Part shown: positions 53,366 to 64,000 of the stretch, piece after piece
Position numbering within the stretch: the first letter of the stretch is position 1
Layout: every line of letters starts with the position of its first letter
Assembly: GCA_963665115.1 (NCBI GenBank)
Contig: OY762007.1
Span: forward strand, 7,264,001-7,328,000
Length of the DNA: 64,000 bases
Reading direction: 5' to 3'
Source of the DNA: an uncultured Rivularia sp.
Lineage (GTDB): Bacteria > Cyanobacteriota > Cyanobacteriia > Cyanobacteriales > Nostocaceae
The notes under the pieces: model-generated
Databases searched by the model: none
What the model was told of the DNA's origin: nothing
What the model saw: only the letters and a program-made list of their open reading frames with translations
Position numbers and translations under genes: made by a program

Positions 53366-54367
53366 TTATCGTTCGAGAATTTTCCTAACTTGCTCTTCAA
53401 TATTCTCTGATGTGGTTTTAATTAAAGTGTATGTGACTGTTAAATCCATTTTTTCGCCTACTTGCAAAGTTTTTAGGGGACTGAGGAATTCCAATTCAAC
53501 GTAAGCTTTTGGATCGTAATTGGTATAAATTTCAGCGCTACTATTATTGTCGGGATAATTTTCTTTATCTATTCTTGGTGAATCCATGCGAACTGCAACT
53601 GTTTCACCAACCCATAATAATGTACTCGCATCGCTGCCGATTTTATGGGCTTTATTGCGATCGCGCTTCAAGGATAAAATGCCGTTGTCTATTTTCAAGT
53701 TAGCTGGTAACTCATCCGATTGCTTGTTATAACCTTGAGGAAAAATCGAATTTTGGGGTATTGCTGCGTAAACTGAAACTGGTTCGTTGAACTGTGTAAT
53801 CGTCCAAACCGAGACTTCTTGTGAATCACCTTTGACTTTTTCAAAAGTTGTAGTGACTTTCATTATCGGTTGATTTGGTTCGAGTGTAATTTGACGGTAA
53901 AATCTAATTCCGTAAAAAGGATCGATTTCAGAAATTAACGTAACCTGGTTATTTTCGAGTTTAGCTTTAATTGGTACGGAATCAAATGTAGTCGGTGGTG
54001 GCCAACTCCTAATTGTAATGTCTTCCCATTTCGATTGGGGTGCTGGCCAAGTTTTATCACCACCGAAGTTATTCCATTCTTCAGATTTGAGATTTGGTGT
54101 TTTACCGTATAGCTGCGAATCTCCCCAAAATGTATTTTCTCCACCTTCAAAACGAAATTGCATTATTCTGCCAATTTCTGGAACTATAATTGTTTCTACT
54201 TGGGAGTTACTCAAAATATAAGAATCTTCCCAACCTTGGTAATTTATTTTTTTGATTGTAATTTTTTCTGGCATATTTGTGTTGATGATTAGATAGCAAA
54301 CCGTTATCAAAAATAATCCCAAACAAAATAATACTAAGTGTTGAAGCTTAATATAGCTGAGATTCAT
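53366..54367 (-). CDS. DUF4380-like / galactose-mutarotase-like protein with N-terminal TM or signal
   Basis: YQGWEDSYILSN, VPEIGRIM, NFGGDKTWPAPQ and YVELEFLSP motifs. Confidence 0.7.
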   Translation of the reverse strand: MNLSYIKLQHLVLFCLGLFLITVCYLIINTNMPEKITIKKINYQGWEDSYILSNSQVETIIVPEIGRIMQFRFEGGENTFWGDSQLYGKTPNLKSEEWNNFGGDKTWPAPQSKWEDITIRSWPPPTTFDSVPIKAKLENNQVTLISEIDPFYGIRFYRQITLEPNQPIMKVTTTFEKVKGDSQEVSVWTITQFNEPVSVYAAIPQNSIFPQGYNKQSDELPANLKIDNGILSLKRDRNKAHKIGSDASTLLWVGETVAVRMDSPRIDKENYPDNNSSAEIYTNYDPKAYVELEFLSPLKTLQVGEKMDLTVTYTLIKTTSENIEEQVRKILER

Positions 54368-54590
54368 TTTTTTATTTGATTTAATTTAAATTGAAACATA
54401 TAATTGATTTATAGGTATTGCAATTATTGATTATTTATAGGCATTTTTTTAGTAATTAAAATCACGCAAAAATTGCAAAATCAGTATTTTTATTCAAAGA
54501 AAGCCGCTGTTATATCAATCAAGCTTGTCAGAAAATGAACATAGCTATTAAGTATATAACTTAAAAACTTTTATATCAAAGCAACGCCGA

Positions 54591-55550
54591 TTATTGATTA
54601 ATTTCTTTCCCTTCTTTTCCACTTCCTGGCTGTATTCCGACAACATTCAAGGGAATTCGGTAAACGCTATTACCTGCTGTAATATAAAGTGTTTTATAGT
54701 CTTTATTACCCCAAGCTAAGTTTGTCGCTTTTTCAGGAACGTTAATTTTGTCGAGAAGTTTACCTGTTGGAGAAAAAATCCACACTCCTCCTGAACCAGT
54801 ACAGTAGATATTACCTTTACTATCCACTTTCATGCCGTCGGGTACACCTTTATCTGTAGATCCAGCTAATTCTGCAAATACTCTACCTTTACTTAAAGTC
54901 CCATCTGGTTTAACATCAAAAACCTGGATATGTAATTTTTCCGAATCACTTACATATAACTTCTTTTCATCGGGAGAAAAAGCAATTCCATTTGGACGTA
55001 CCATTTCTTTGTTTAATAAAGTTAGATTGCCATTTTCTTGCCAACGATAAATACCATAAAATCCTAATTCTTCCTCTTCCTTCTTGATTCCATAAGGCGG
55101 ATCGGTAAAATAAATACTACCATCCGATTTTACTACAACATCATTAGGACTATTGAGACGTTTATTCTGATAACGTTCTGCTAAAACAGTGACTTTACCA
55201 TTTTTTTCAGTACGTGTCAGTTTGCGGTTATGTTGAGCAGTAATTAACCGATTTTCTCTATCCAAAGTATTACCATTGGGATTTCCAGCAGGGCGACGAA
55301 ATACCGTAAGTTTGCCGTCAGTTGTCCATTTATAAAGTGTATTTGCTGGGATATCGCTGAAAAGTAAAAAGTCGTCGGGATGCCAAAGAGAACCTTCTGT
55401 AAACTTTAATCCACCGAATAACTTTTCTAATGCGGTATTATCATCGACAATATCTGATGTTTTAGCATTCGTATTCCCGCAGCTTTGCTGTAAAGTTAAT
55501 AAGCCTAGTAGTAAACTGTATGTAGCTATTCGGAAAGTATTTTCAATCAT
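54591..55550 (-). CDS. SMP-30/gluconolactonase family lipoprotein
   Basis: FTEG, FSDIP, LNSPNDV, FTDPPYG, PNGIAFSPD, PDGM motifs; signal peptide with Cys after ATG 55550. Confidence 0.92.
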   Translation of the reverse strand: MIENTFRIATYSLLLGLLTLQQSCGNTNAKTSDIVDDNTALEKLFGGLKFTEGSLWHPDDFLLFSDIPANTLYKWTTDGKLTVFRRPAGNPNGNTLDRENRLITAQHNRKLTRTEKNGKVTVLAERYQNKRLNSPNDVVVKSDGSIYFTDPPYGIKKEEEELGFYGIYRWQENGNLTLLNKEMVRPNGIAFSPDEKKLYVSDSEKLHIQVFDVKPDGTLSKGRVFAELAGSTDKGVPDGMKVDSKGNIYCTGSGGVWIFSPTGKLLDKINVPEKATNLAWGNKDYKTLYITAGNSVYRIPLNVVGIQPGSGKEGKEINQ

Positions 55551-55755
55551 TTTTTCTAAATATTCTTGCAAAATTAATTTAACATTTCGTTTGCATTCCC
55601 TTCTACCCAATGCCCAATTCCCCAATTTTCGACAAACGTAAAATATTAAACTATTCCTATATATCCTTAATTTTGCCAGTTCATAAGTGATAAATAGGAT
55701 GTATGGTGTATTTAACAAAAATACATAATAAAAAAAATTAGCTGAGATTAAAATC

Positions 55756-56967
55756 GTGATGGGAGCAGGATTACAAATTAATTGGGTTGTGGCAACGTAT
55801 GCTTGCTTGCAGTTTGTCGCTTGGGGATTTCTCTCAGTTTTGATTGCTGAGGTAGTTAGGGATAGCTATCATGCTGCTTGTCATCACGTGAAATGGCTGG
55901 CTAAATGGCATAACAAGCACCATCAGGTATACAAGCGTGATTTATCGATAATTTCTCTGGAAACTTATAAGGATTCTCAGCTTTATCACGATATTGTTGA
56001 ATCGATATTGTTGCTAGTTATAATTAGCGCGATCGCAATTATTTTTCGTCCGATGGGTTTATGGTTGGGTGTGCTTTACGCTGCGACTTTTCTTTATGGA
56101 GCGTCATTAAGATATTTCTTAGGTAGAGTTGAAACTGACTACACCCATAAGCCGGGAGCATTAGAAGTTATTCCTTCGGTGTGGTGGGTAAATCGTACTT
56201 ACCATTGGCGACACCATTTTGATGATGTAAATGCTTATTATAGTGGTGTATTTCCTTTGGTGGATAAAATTTTGGGAACTGCACTTTCTGTAAAAGGTAA
56301 AACTGTTGCGATAACGGGAGCATCCGGTAGTTTGGGACAAGCTTTAACAACCGAACTTATTGCTAAGAATGCCAAAGTTGTTGCGTTAACAACTAATCCC
56401 GAAAAAATTGCCGAACAACCTAGATTAAGTACCGTAGCTTGGGAATCGGGGAAAGAATTAGAATTATTAGAGTATTTACAAAAAGTTGATATTTTAATTA
56501 TTAACCACGGAATAAATGTTTACGGTAGCCGCACGTCGGAAGATATTGATAAATCCTTTGAAGTAAATGCATTTTCAGCAGTGAGATTAATGGACGTGTT
56601 TTTCTCCACCGTGACGGGTGCTGATGCCAAAGCCACAAAAGAGATTTGGATTAATACTTCAGAAGCCGAAGTATCCCCAGCTTTAAGCCCGTTGTATGAA
56701 TTGAGTAAAAGAACTTTGGGGAATATTATTACCTTAAAAAGATTGGATTCCCCTTGTACAATTCGTAAATTAATATTGGGGCCATTTAAAAGTCAACTGA
56801 ATCCTTACGGAGTGATGTCAGCGCGGCAAGTTGCGAAAGGGATTGTGTTTTTAGCGCGTCGGGATTTTCGGAATATTATCGTTACTGTTAATCCTTTGAC
56901 TTATATATTCTTTCCGATTAAGGAATTGAGTACCTGGTTGTATTTCGTGGTTTTTAGTAAGAAGTAG
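55756..56967 (+). CDS. Bifunctional sterol-desaturase / short-chain dehydrogenase
   Basis: N-terminal His boxes (HAACH, HNKHH, HWRHH) fused to SDR (TGASGSLG, NTSEAEVSPALSPLYELSK). Confidence 0.88.
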   Translation: MMGAGLQINWVVATYACLQFVAWGFLSVLIAEVVRDSYHAACHHVKWLAKWHNKHHQVYKRDLSIISLETYKDSQLYHDIVESILLLVIISAIAIIFRPMGLWLGVLYAATFLYGASLRYFLGRVETDYTHKPGALEVIPSVWWVNRTYHWRHHFDDVNAYYSGVFPLVDKILGTALSVKGKTVAITGASGSLGQALTTELIAKNAKVVALTTNPEKIAEQPRLSTVAWESGKELELLEYLQKVDILIINHGINVYGSRTSEDIDKSFEVNAFSAVRLMDVFFSTVTGADAKATKEIWINTSEAEVSPALSPLYELSKRTLGNIITLKRLDSPCTIRKLILGPFKSQLNPYGVMSARQVAKGIVFLARRDFRNIIVTVNPLTYIFFPIKELSTWLYFVVFSKK

Positions 56968-57252
56968 GGGAATTGGGGATGGGTAATAGGTGATAAAAAA
57001 TGATTTATGCCTAGATTCTAAACAATGTAGTGGGAGCATCAAATCTGTTTCTTTATCTGAAATAGCACTTCTTTTTATCTCTTTTCTCTGCGCTCTCTTT
57101 CTTGAAAAGTTGTTCTCTTCGAGAAAGCCTCCGGCTCACATGGGGAAAACCCAATCAAAAAGGATGAGCTATAAACCCATCCCAAATGTATAAAACTTAT
57201 TGGTATCGCACTAAGCTAAATTCAAAAACTAAAATCAGCTAACTGTTAACTG

Positions 57253-58476
57253 TTAAAAAGTCTGCCAACTAGGTTCATTATCTGGTAAATATTCACCTTC
57301 AGCAATAGTACCGTCCATCTTCCAAATGGCAGTTCCTCCGGTTGTACTATTGCGCCAGAAAATATCAGTTTTACCGTTGCCAGTGTAGTCTCCGAAAGTC
57401 GGTTCCCAACTTAAATCGTTAGAAGGTAAGAAAGCTTTAGTTAAAACATTTCCTCCATTCATTAACCAAGCTGTATTCTCACCAGTTTGGGTGTTGTGCC
57501 AGAAAATATCTGTTTTACCGTCACCGTTGAAATCGCCAGTATTAGCTTGCCAAGCAGAACTTAATTGATCTAAATTTTCTTCATTGAAGATCAAATCGTT
57601 AAATAGAGTACCATTCATTACCCAAACTTCATTCTCTCCGCTGGCTTGATTGCTCCAGAGAATATCGGCGCGAGAATCTCCATTGAAATCGCCAAAAGTA
57701 GGATTCCAACTAGTATCTAATTCTTGCACTGCATAACCATTGGCATTGGTACCATCCATAAACCAAGCAGCATTTTCACCCGTTATGGAATTGCGCCAAA
57801 ACACATCGGTTTTGCCATCGTTATTGAAATCACTGATGTTGTAATCCCAGATTAAATCGGTGGTGGGTAGATAAGCAGCATTGGTAACTTCTTTGCCATC
57901 CATTATCCAAGCAGCATTTTCACCCGTTTGGGTATTACGCCAAAGTATATCGCTTTTGCCATCGCCGTTAAATTCAGCAATACTAAAAGCCCAATTTGAA
58001 TCAATTTTTTGAATTGTTTCTTGGGAACTGATATTAGTACCATCCATCTGCCAGACAACATTTTCTCCGGTAGCTTGATTCCGCCAGAAAATATCAGTTT
58101 TGTTATCGCTATTGAAATCGGCAAAACTAAAATCCCAAGATGCATCAACATCTCTAAGAGTTTCCGCATTTGGATTAACGCCATCCATTAACCAAATTGC
58201 AGTTTCACCAGTTTGGGTATTGCGCCAAAACTTATCAATTTTACCATCACCGTTGAAATCTACTTCAACTGCCGCACCGCTAAATATTTTATTAGGGTTG
58301 GGGTTTCTATTCGCAGTTACAAGCCCATCATCATTTAATAGCGATTGGGAAGCACCAGTTAAAATTAAATCGCTATCGAAAGAGATATTCTGGTCAAAAG
58401 TATTGTTTGAAATGGAAGTGTATGCTGTATCCAAAGCTTTTTCAGATACACCAGGGATATTTTTGGCTGAAAACAT
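57253..58476 (-). CDS. FG-GAP/VCBS repeat protein
   Basis: Seven DFNGDGKTDIFWRN..TGEN..W.MDG repeats. Confidence 0.9.
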   Translation of the reverse strand: MFSAKNIPGVSEKALDTAYTSISNNTFDQNISFDSDLILTGASQSLLNDDGLVTANRNPNPNKIFSGAAVEVDFNGDGKIDKFWRNTQTGETAIWLMDGVNPNAETLRDVDASWDFSFADFNSDNKTDIFWRNQATGENVVWQMDGTNISSQETIQKIDSNWAFSIAEFNGDGKSDILWRNTQTGENAAWIMDGKEVTNAAYLPTTDLIWDYNISDFNNDGKTDVFWRNSITGENAAWFMDGTNANGYAVQELDTSWNPTFGDFNGDSRADILWSNQASGENEVWVMNGTLFNDLIFNEENLDQLSSAWQANTGDFNGDGKTDIFWHNTQTGENTAWLMNGGNVLTKAFLPSNDLSWEPTFGDYTGNGKTDIFWRNSTTGGTAIWKMDGTIAEGEYLPDNEPSWQTF

Positions 58477-58636
58477 TGTGTTTAATTATCACTAATATTT
58501 ATCAGTTTTAACTGATTTTTTTAATTTTTTTTGTTAAGGGCTAACATATATTTCATACTAAACTGTTGTTTATGATGAACATTTTTTGTATCATTCCTTT
58601 AAGTTATTTAATATCAAGTTAATTAGATTTATTTAA

Positions 58637-58721
58637 GGAGTAGGGAGTAGGGAGTAGAAAGTAGAAAGTAGGGAGTAGAAAGTAGGGAGTAGAAAGTAGG
58701 GAGTAGGGAGTAGAAAGTAGG
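58637..58721. repeat. Heptamer STRR array (AGTAGGG/AGTAGAA)
   Basis: Direct reading. Confidence 0.85.
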
Positions 58722-58838
58722 TAAGAGTTGAATAAATAGCATTAATAAATAAGGTTTTTTAGAAGACACATATTATGAGGAACCCGGTTTTTATGAAAAA
58801 CCGGGTTTCTAACTCTTAACTCTTAACTTAACTCTCTA

Positions 58839-60038
58839 CTAGCTAAACACCCATTCAGTAGGTAATACAGGTAACTCTTCTTGAGCAACATCGGTACCGT
58901 CTACTCGTATCAAGATATTTTCACCAGTTTGAGTATTGCGTCCGAAAACGTCTGTATCGCCATCACCATCGTAATCGCCGATGGTTACATCCCATTCAGC
59001 GCCAACTTGGGGGATGTCAACGGGAGTGGCTGTAGCGCCATCCATAATCCAAACGATGTTCTCTCCGGTTGACGTACTGCGCCATAAGATGTCCATTTTG
59101 CCATCAGCATTGAAATCGCCGATATTGGATTCATAACCAGAACCCAAAGTCGGTAAATCAGCAGCAGTCACATTTGAACCGCTCATCAACCAAAGCTTAG
59201 TTTCGCCAGTAGCAGTATTTTCCCAAAGGATGTCGGTAGTAAAGTTACCATCGAAATCACCTTCTTCATACTTCCAGCCAGCGCCAAATGTTTCTAATTG
59301 AGTAGCTTCTGCATTCAAGCCATTCATAAACCAGATAGCGTTTTCACCAGTCTGTTCGTTGTGCCAGAATACGTCGGTACTGAAGTTAGGATTAAACTCA
59401 CCAACAGTATAAGTCCATGATGAATCTAATTGAGGTAGAAAATCAGCACCAGAAACGCTCACACCATCCATCAACCAACCAGCATTTTCACCGGTAGTAT
59501 TATTGCGCCATATTAAATCGGTTTTACTATCGCCATTGAAATCTGCAATGCTGTAATCCCATTCAGTGCCGAGGGTATCTAACATACCTTCAGCAGCAAT
59601 AGTAGTACCATCCATCAACCAGAGAAGATTTTCTCCAGTACTTCCATTGCGCCACATTAAATCGGTTTTAGCATCGCCATTGAAGTCACCAATGCTGTAA
59701 TCCCATTCAGTGCCCATAGTATTGATAACAGCGCCAGTAGGAGCAGCACCATCCATCAACCAAATAGCATTTTCACCCGTTGCGGTATTACGCCACATTT
59801 TATCGTGAATACCATCTCCATTAAAATCAGCAAAAACAGCGGGACTGCTAATATAAGGACTGGGATTAGGATTCTGTTGAGCATTAATATCAGAAGTCAA
59901 AACTTTATTATTTAATGACTGTGAAGAACCACTTAAATTTAGAGTATTTAAATCGTTTTCTGGAGCAAAACTATTATCTTGAATTGACGCAGATTGTAAT
60001 GCGCTCTGACTCTTTAAGGGATTTGTAGATTCCAACAT
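58839..60038 (-). CDS. FG-GAP/VCBS repeat protein, paralog of 57253-58476
   Basis: Seven DFNGD..DLxWRN..TGEN..W.MDG repeats. Confidence 0.9.
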   Translation of the reverse strand: MLESTNPLKSQSALQSASIQDNSFAPENDLNTLNLSGSSQSLNNKVLTSDINAQQNPNPSPYISSPAVFADFNGDGIHDKMWRNTATGENAIWLMDGAAPTGAVINTMGTEWDYSIGDFNGDAKTDLMWRNGSTGENLLWLMDGTTIAAEGMLDTLGTEWDYSIADFNGDSKTDLIWRNNTTGENAGWLMDGVSVSGADFLPQLDSSWTYTVGEFNPNFSTDVFWHNEQTGENAIWFMNGLNAEATQLETFGAGWKYEEGDFDGNFTTDILWENTATGETKLWLMSGSNVTAADLPTLGSGYESNIGDFNADGKMDILWRSTSTGENIVWIMDGATATPVDIPQVGAEWDVTIGDYDGDGDTDVFGRNTQTGENILIRVDGTDVAQEELPVLPTEWVFS

Positions 60039-60238
60039 TGTGTTTATAAATTACCAGCTTTCTTTTAACTTTTATCTCTGTTTTTATAAAGATTCTGTTA
60101 ATTTAGAACATCTAGTCAGTTTCTAAAATGTTGAAAAAAGTATCTTTTTTTATGTAATCATGCTCTAATTACTTTTTCAAAAATTACAACTGTTGTTAGT
60201 TATATTTATGTAATTAGTTTGTGGTAAACAAATTTTAT

Positions 60239-60337
60239 TAGGTAATAGGTAATAGGTAATAGGGAATGGGGAATAGGGAATAGGGAATGGGGAATGGGGA
60301 ATAGGGAATAGGGAATGGGGAATGGGGAATAGGGAAT
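60239..60337. repeat. Heptamer STRR array (TAGGTAA / GGGAATR)
   Basis: Direct reading. Confidence 0.85.
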
Positions 60338-60468
60338 ATATTAATAGCGAGCAAGATGTATGTCTTTCAGACACGCTTCGCTAACGCACTAAAAAATATG
60401 CTTATCTTCAGGTAGTAGGAGCGTCTCGCTCCCTACTTGTACCTTTTCATTTTTTATTACTTATAGCA

Positions 60469-61692
60469 TCAACCAATTAATCTTTTACGACTTTGAGAAT
60501 TCTTCCATCTAGCAAAAGGTAATTCAACTAAGTAGTAAGTAACTGTTGCTAATACAGTTGATAAAATCAATGTTGCTGTTAATCTGATATAAAACGCTTC
60601 TATCGGAATTTCTGCGTTAAAAATATCGTAAGTTCTGGTAATGATTGGCATATGCCAAATGTAAATACCGTAAGATAAGTTACCAATTATTTCTAATATT
60701 CTAAAAGGATTGTTTATAATAGCGCGGAATGATAACTTTTCATGTTTGCTGAAATCATTATAAATATCTTTTTCAAAAGCAAATATAAAAAATGAAGTAA
60801 TTATTGCCGTTAATGGTTGTAATATTAATATTGTTGTTAATGTTCTCCAGCCACCGCTACGATTTGGTAAATTCCATAACTCCTGGTGATATAAATGATG
60901 TGCGGAAAATAAATATAATAAAACGATCGACGTTACGGCAAATATTTTCGTAAATAGCGATTTGCTAATATTAAATTTAAATTTGTGATTTTGAATCAAT
61001 CCATTTAATAAAAAACCACAGATAAATAAATCTAAATTGGTAATTAAGGGAGTATACCAATATTTGAATGCATATCCCATTTCTTGTGTAATTTCTGTCT
61101 GAAAACTTATCCAAAGTAAACTTCTTAAAATTAAATTTGCGACAATTATCGAGAAACCAGCAATAAAGACTTTTTTTTGATTCTTTAAACGATTTTGAAT
61201 TAAACTATAAATAAAAGGCACGATTAAATAAAACTGTACCTCTGTTGATAAAGACCAAAATACATCATTGAATTTTACAGCTTCAAAACTAATATAAGGA
61301 TGATAAGTAAACGTACATACTCTTAATAGATAACCCCAATTGGAAAATTTAAGTATTTCTGGATAAACGAATATAGATAAAATTAGGACAGCAAAATAAT
61401 ATAGCGGAAAAATTCTCAAGGCACGATTTCGCCAAAACTTTATAACACCTGCAATATCGGCAGTATAGCGCTTAGTATAGAACGCCTTCCCCATCAAATA
61501 ACCGGATAAAACGAAAAAAATCCAAACAGCTACAGCACCATGACTAAACATCAACCAACTTAGGTCAATGTTGCCGTACATAATTGATTTCCTCGGTGGA
61601 GCACAATGGATTGTAACTACCATTAAACAAGCAAAACCGCGTAGAGCTAACAGTGCATCTAAACGGTTAGATTTATGATTATTAGATTGCAT
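60469..61692 (-). CDS. Acyltransferase-3 (OafA-like) membrane O-acyltransferase
   Basis: LLALRGFACLMVV, FFVLSGYL, RALRIFPLY, WSLSTEVQFY and LSYGIYIWH motifs. Confidence 0.9.
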   Translation of the reverse strand: MQSNNHKSNRLDALLALRGFACLMVVTIHCAPPRKSIMYGNIDLSWLMFSHGAVAVWIFFVLSGYLMGKAFYTKRYTADIAGVIKFWRNRALRIFPLYYFAVLILSIFVYPEILKFSNWGYLLRVCTFTYHPYISFEAVKFNDVFWSLSTEVQFYLIVPFIYSLIQNRLKNQKKVFIAGFSIIVANLILRSLLWISFQTEITQEMGYAFKYWYTPLITNLDLFICGFLLNGLIQNHKFKFNISKSLFTKIFAVTSIVLLYLFSAHHLYHQELWNLPNRSGGWRTLTTILILQPLTAIITSFFIFAFEKDIYNDFSKHEKLSFRAIINNPFRILEIIGNLSYGIYIWHMPIITRTYDIFNAEIPIEAFYIRLTATLILSTVLATVTYYLVELPFARWKNSQSRKRLIG

Positions 61693-62092
61693 TTATTTTG
61701 TTTCAATTTAATTTAATTACAAATGATAAATGCAAGTTGTTTCTACCCTGTTTTATCGACTTGAGTTTAATTGAAATACTAATTTTTAACCGATTTTTTA
61801 ATAAAAAGGTTGCCATGTTGGCAATGGTACTCAAACTTACTACCATTACTAATATAAAAAACCGCAGAGAGCGCGGAGAGCGCGGAGGAAAAAAGTTTCA
61901 TAGAGATAGAAGTATTTATTCGAGCAATCAAAAAATAATTCCGACGGGTTGTAGAGACGTAGCAGTGCTACGTCTCCTTGCAATTTCCGCCACAACGAGC
62001 AAAATTCCTGCACAAAAGCATCCCAGTTGAAATCCAAAATCTAAAATAGTATTACCTTGGTTTAATAGAAACAACGCAATATTCAAAGAACT

Positions 62093-63391
62093 ATGCAAGC
62101 AGAGTATCGGCAGCGACGGGATGCATTAATGTCAAAGATTGGTAATGGTACGGCAATTTTTCGCAGTGCCCCTATGGCGGTGATGCACAATGATGTAGAA
62201 TATGCTTACCGTCAAGATAGCGATTTTTTCTATCTAACTGGTTTAAACGAAGCCGAAGCTGTAGCGGTTTTAGCTCCTCATCACGAAGAACACAAGTTTA
62301 TATTATTTGTCCAACCAAAGGATATTACTAAAGAAGTTTGGAGCGGTTATGTAACTGGGGTTGATGCAGCCAAAGAAAAATATGGTGCTGACGAAGCTTA
62401 CCCTATCAACGAATTAAACGAAAAATTACCCCAATATTTACTCAACGCAGACAAAATCTATTATCGTTTGGGCAGAGATAAACCTTTTAACGAAACTGTT
62501 CTCACCCATTACCAAAGATTATTACGATCTTATCCCAAACGCGGTACCGGTCCCACAGCAATTCAAGATACCTGTACAATTTTACATGGTATGCGCTTAG
62601 TTAAAAGCGAACCTGAGTTAAATAAAATGCGAAAAGCTGCCGATATCGCCGTAGAAGCCCATAATGTAGCACGGGAAATGGCTAAACCGGGAGTTTACGA
62701 ATACGAAATCCAAGCAGAGATGGAGCGTATTTTTAGAAAAAATGGTGCATTAGGGCCAGCATATCCTTCTATTGTCGCATCCGGTGCAAATTCCTGCATT
62801 CTCCACTACATCGAAAACAACCGTCAAATGCAGGATGGAGATTTACTTTTAATTGATGCTGGTTGTTCCTACGATTATTACAACTCCGATATTACCCGCA
62901 CCTTTCCCGTGGGTGGAAAATTCACCGCAGAGCAAAAGATATTGTATGAATTAGTATTATCAGCCCAAAAACAGGCGATCGCACAAGTAAAACCAGGAAA
63001 TGCTTACAGTTCAATTCACGATACAGCATTACGGGTACTTGTGGAAGGAATGGTTGAGCTAGGTATTCTCAAAGGTGAAGTTGATAAATTAATCGAAGAA
63101 GAGAAATACAAACCTTATTATATGCATCGCACCGGGCATTGGTTGGGTTTAGATGTCCACGATGTCGGAGTTTATCAACACGGAAAAGATAACCCCTTGA
63201 TTCTACAACCAGGACAAGTTTTGACAGTAGAACCCGGAATTTACATTGTACCAGGAGCCAAACCCGCAGAAGATCAGCCGCAAGTAGATCAAAAATGGAT
63301 GGGAATCGGTATTCGGATCGAAGATGATGTTTTAGTCACCGAAAGCGGATGTGAAGTGTTAACTGCTGGTGTTGACAAGGAAGTTAGGTAA
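62093..63391 (+). CDS. pepP: Xaa-Pro aminopeptidase (aminopeptidase P)
   Basis: YRQDSDFFYLTG, LIDAG, SDITRT, HRTGHWLGLDVHD, TVEPGIY and GIRIEDD motifs. Confidence 0.95.
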   Translation: MQAEYRQRRDALMSKIGNGTAIFRSAPMAVMHNDVEYAYRQDSDFFYLTGLNEAEAVAVLAPHHEEHKFILFVQPKDITKEVWSGYVTGVDAAKEKYGADEAYPINELNEKLPQYLLNADKIYYRLGRDKPFNETVLTHYQRLLRSYPKRGTGPTAIQDTCTILHGMRLVKSEPELNKMRKAADIAVEAHNVAREMAKPGVYEYEIQAEMERIFRKNGALGPAYPSIVASGANSCILHYIENNRQMQDGDLLLIDAGCSYDYYNSDITRTFPVGGKFTAEQKILYELVLSAQKQAIAQVKPGNAYSSIHDTALRVLVEGMVELGILKGEVDKLIEEEKYKPYYMHRTGHWLGLDVHDVGVYQHGKDNPLILQPGQVLTVEPGIYIVPGAKPAEDQPQVDQKWMGIGIRIEDDVLVTESGCEVLTAGVDKEVR

Positions 63392-63534
63392 TCAAAGAGG
63401 GGGTAGAGGGGGACATTATTAAAGTAGGGAGTAGTGAGTTGTAAGTAGTGAGTAGTGAGTAATGAGTAACAAGTAGCGAGTAAAAATAGACGGGCAGAAG
63501 TACAGACATTTATGACAATAATAAAAAAGTTATT

Positions 63535-63805
63535 TACTCCCTACTCCCTACTCCCTACTCCCTACTCCCTACTCCCTACTCCCTACTCCCTACTCTCTAC
63601 TCCCTACTCCCTACTCCCTACTCCCTACTCCCTACTCCCTACTCCCTACTCCCTACTCTCTACTCCCTACTCCCTACTCCCTACTCCCTACTCCCTACTC
63701 CCTACTCCCTACTCCCTACTCCCTACTCCCTACTCCCTACTCCCTACTCCCTACTCCCTACTCCCTACTCCCTACTCCCTACTCCCTACTCCCTACTCCC
63801 TACTC
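63535..63805. repeat. Long heptamer STRR array (TACTCCC)n, about 38 copies
   Basis: Direct reading; two TACTCTC variants. Confidence 0.95.
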
Positions 63806-63833
63806 AATACTCCTAACTATTCCCAATCCCCAA

Positions 63834-64000
63834 TTACCAAATTTCTTTCAAATCTAAAACAAACCCTGGTAAAACATCTTCTCCCGAAACAGTTTGCGGC
63901 GATTCTAAAATTTCTACTTCTTGATTTTGACGATAAATTTCTATTTGCTTCTGCTTGCGATTAATTAACCACCCTAAAGAAGCGCCATTTTCCATATATT
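63834..64000 (-). CDS. Uma2-family endonuclease, 3' end (gene continues beyond the window); not in the ORF track
   Basis: [54 protein letters not shown]. Confidence 0.88.
   Translation of the reverse strand, partial: YMENGASLGWLINRKQKQIEIYRQNQEVEILESPQTVSGEDVLPGFVLDLKEIW

Noticed and set aside
60177..60374. 65-aa ORF with FPIPHS repeats
   Set aside because: Translation of STRR and small dispersed repeats
61698..62037. Overlapping 110-aa and 62-aa ORFs in the acyltransferase-pepP spacer
   Set aside because: Composed of promoter DNA and REP repeats; no protein motifs
63512..63964. 150-aa ORF with PTPYSLL repeats
   Set aside because: Read-through of the STRR array; overlaps the Uma2 gene on the opposite strand

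Overview
Chromosomal window from an AT-rich, probably heterocyst-forming cyanobacterium (Nostocales, Rivularia/Calothrix-like). This rests on abundant HIP1 (GCGATCGC), heptamer STRR arrays, psaM, OCP2, patD next to rel, and a ValRS carrying a CAAD membrane anchor. Most genes are housekeeping or conserved: FGGY kinase, ampG plus sugar kinase, valS, GH57, cax, a sensor kinase, mltA, lpxD, hdrB-like, acpP-fabF-tkt, desC, sodB, A-adding tRNA nucleotidyltransferase, an ABC ATPase, rel and pepP. I found no rRNA, tRNA, CRISPR array or intact transposase. Highlights: (1) a TetR regulator fused to an apparently inactivated tyrosine-recombinase domain, divergent from desC, with two 17-bp palindromes in the shared promoter; (2) six +1 frameshifts in conserved genes, four at GGGCC/GGCCC motifs, most likely a methylation-linked sequencing artefact; (3) a membrane-anchored protein resembling a Rieske-oxygenase catalytic domain without the Rieske cluster; (4) nested miniature repeats, including an in-frame 24-nt insertion at a HIP1 site inside a gene; (5) a candidate two-hairpin sRNA; (6) features the ORF track missed or obscured: psaM, a partial Uma2 gene, and remnants of an ADP-ribosylglycohydrolase, an IS110 transposase and nuiA. 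All family assignments come from motif recognition by eye, not from database searches.
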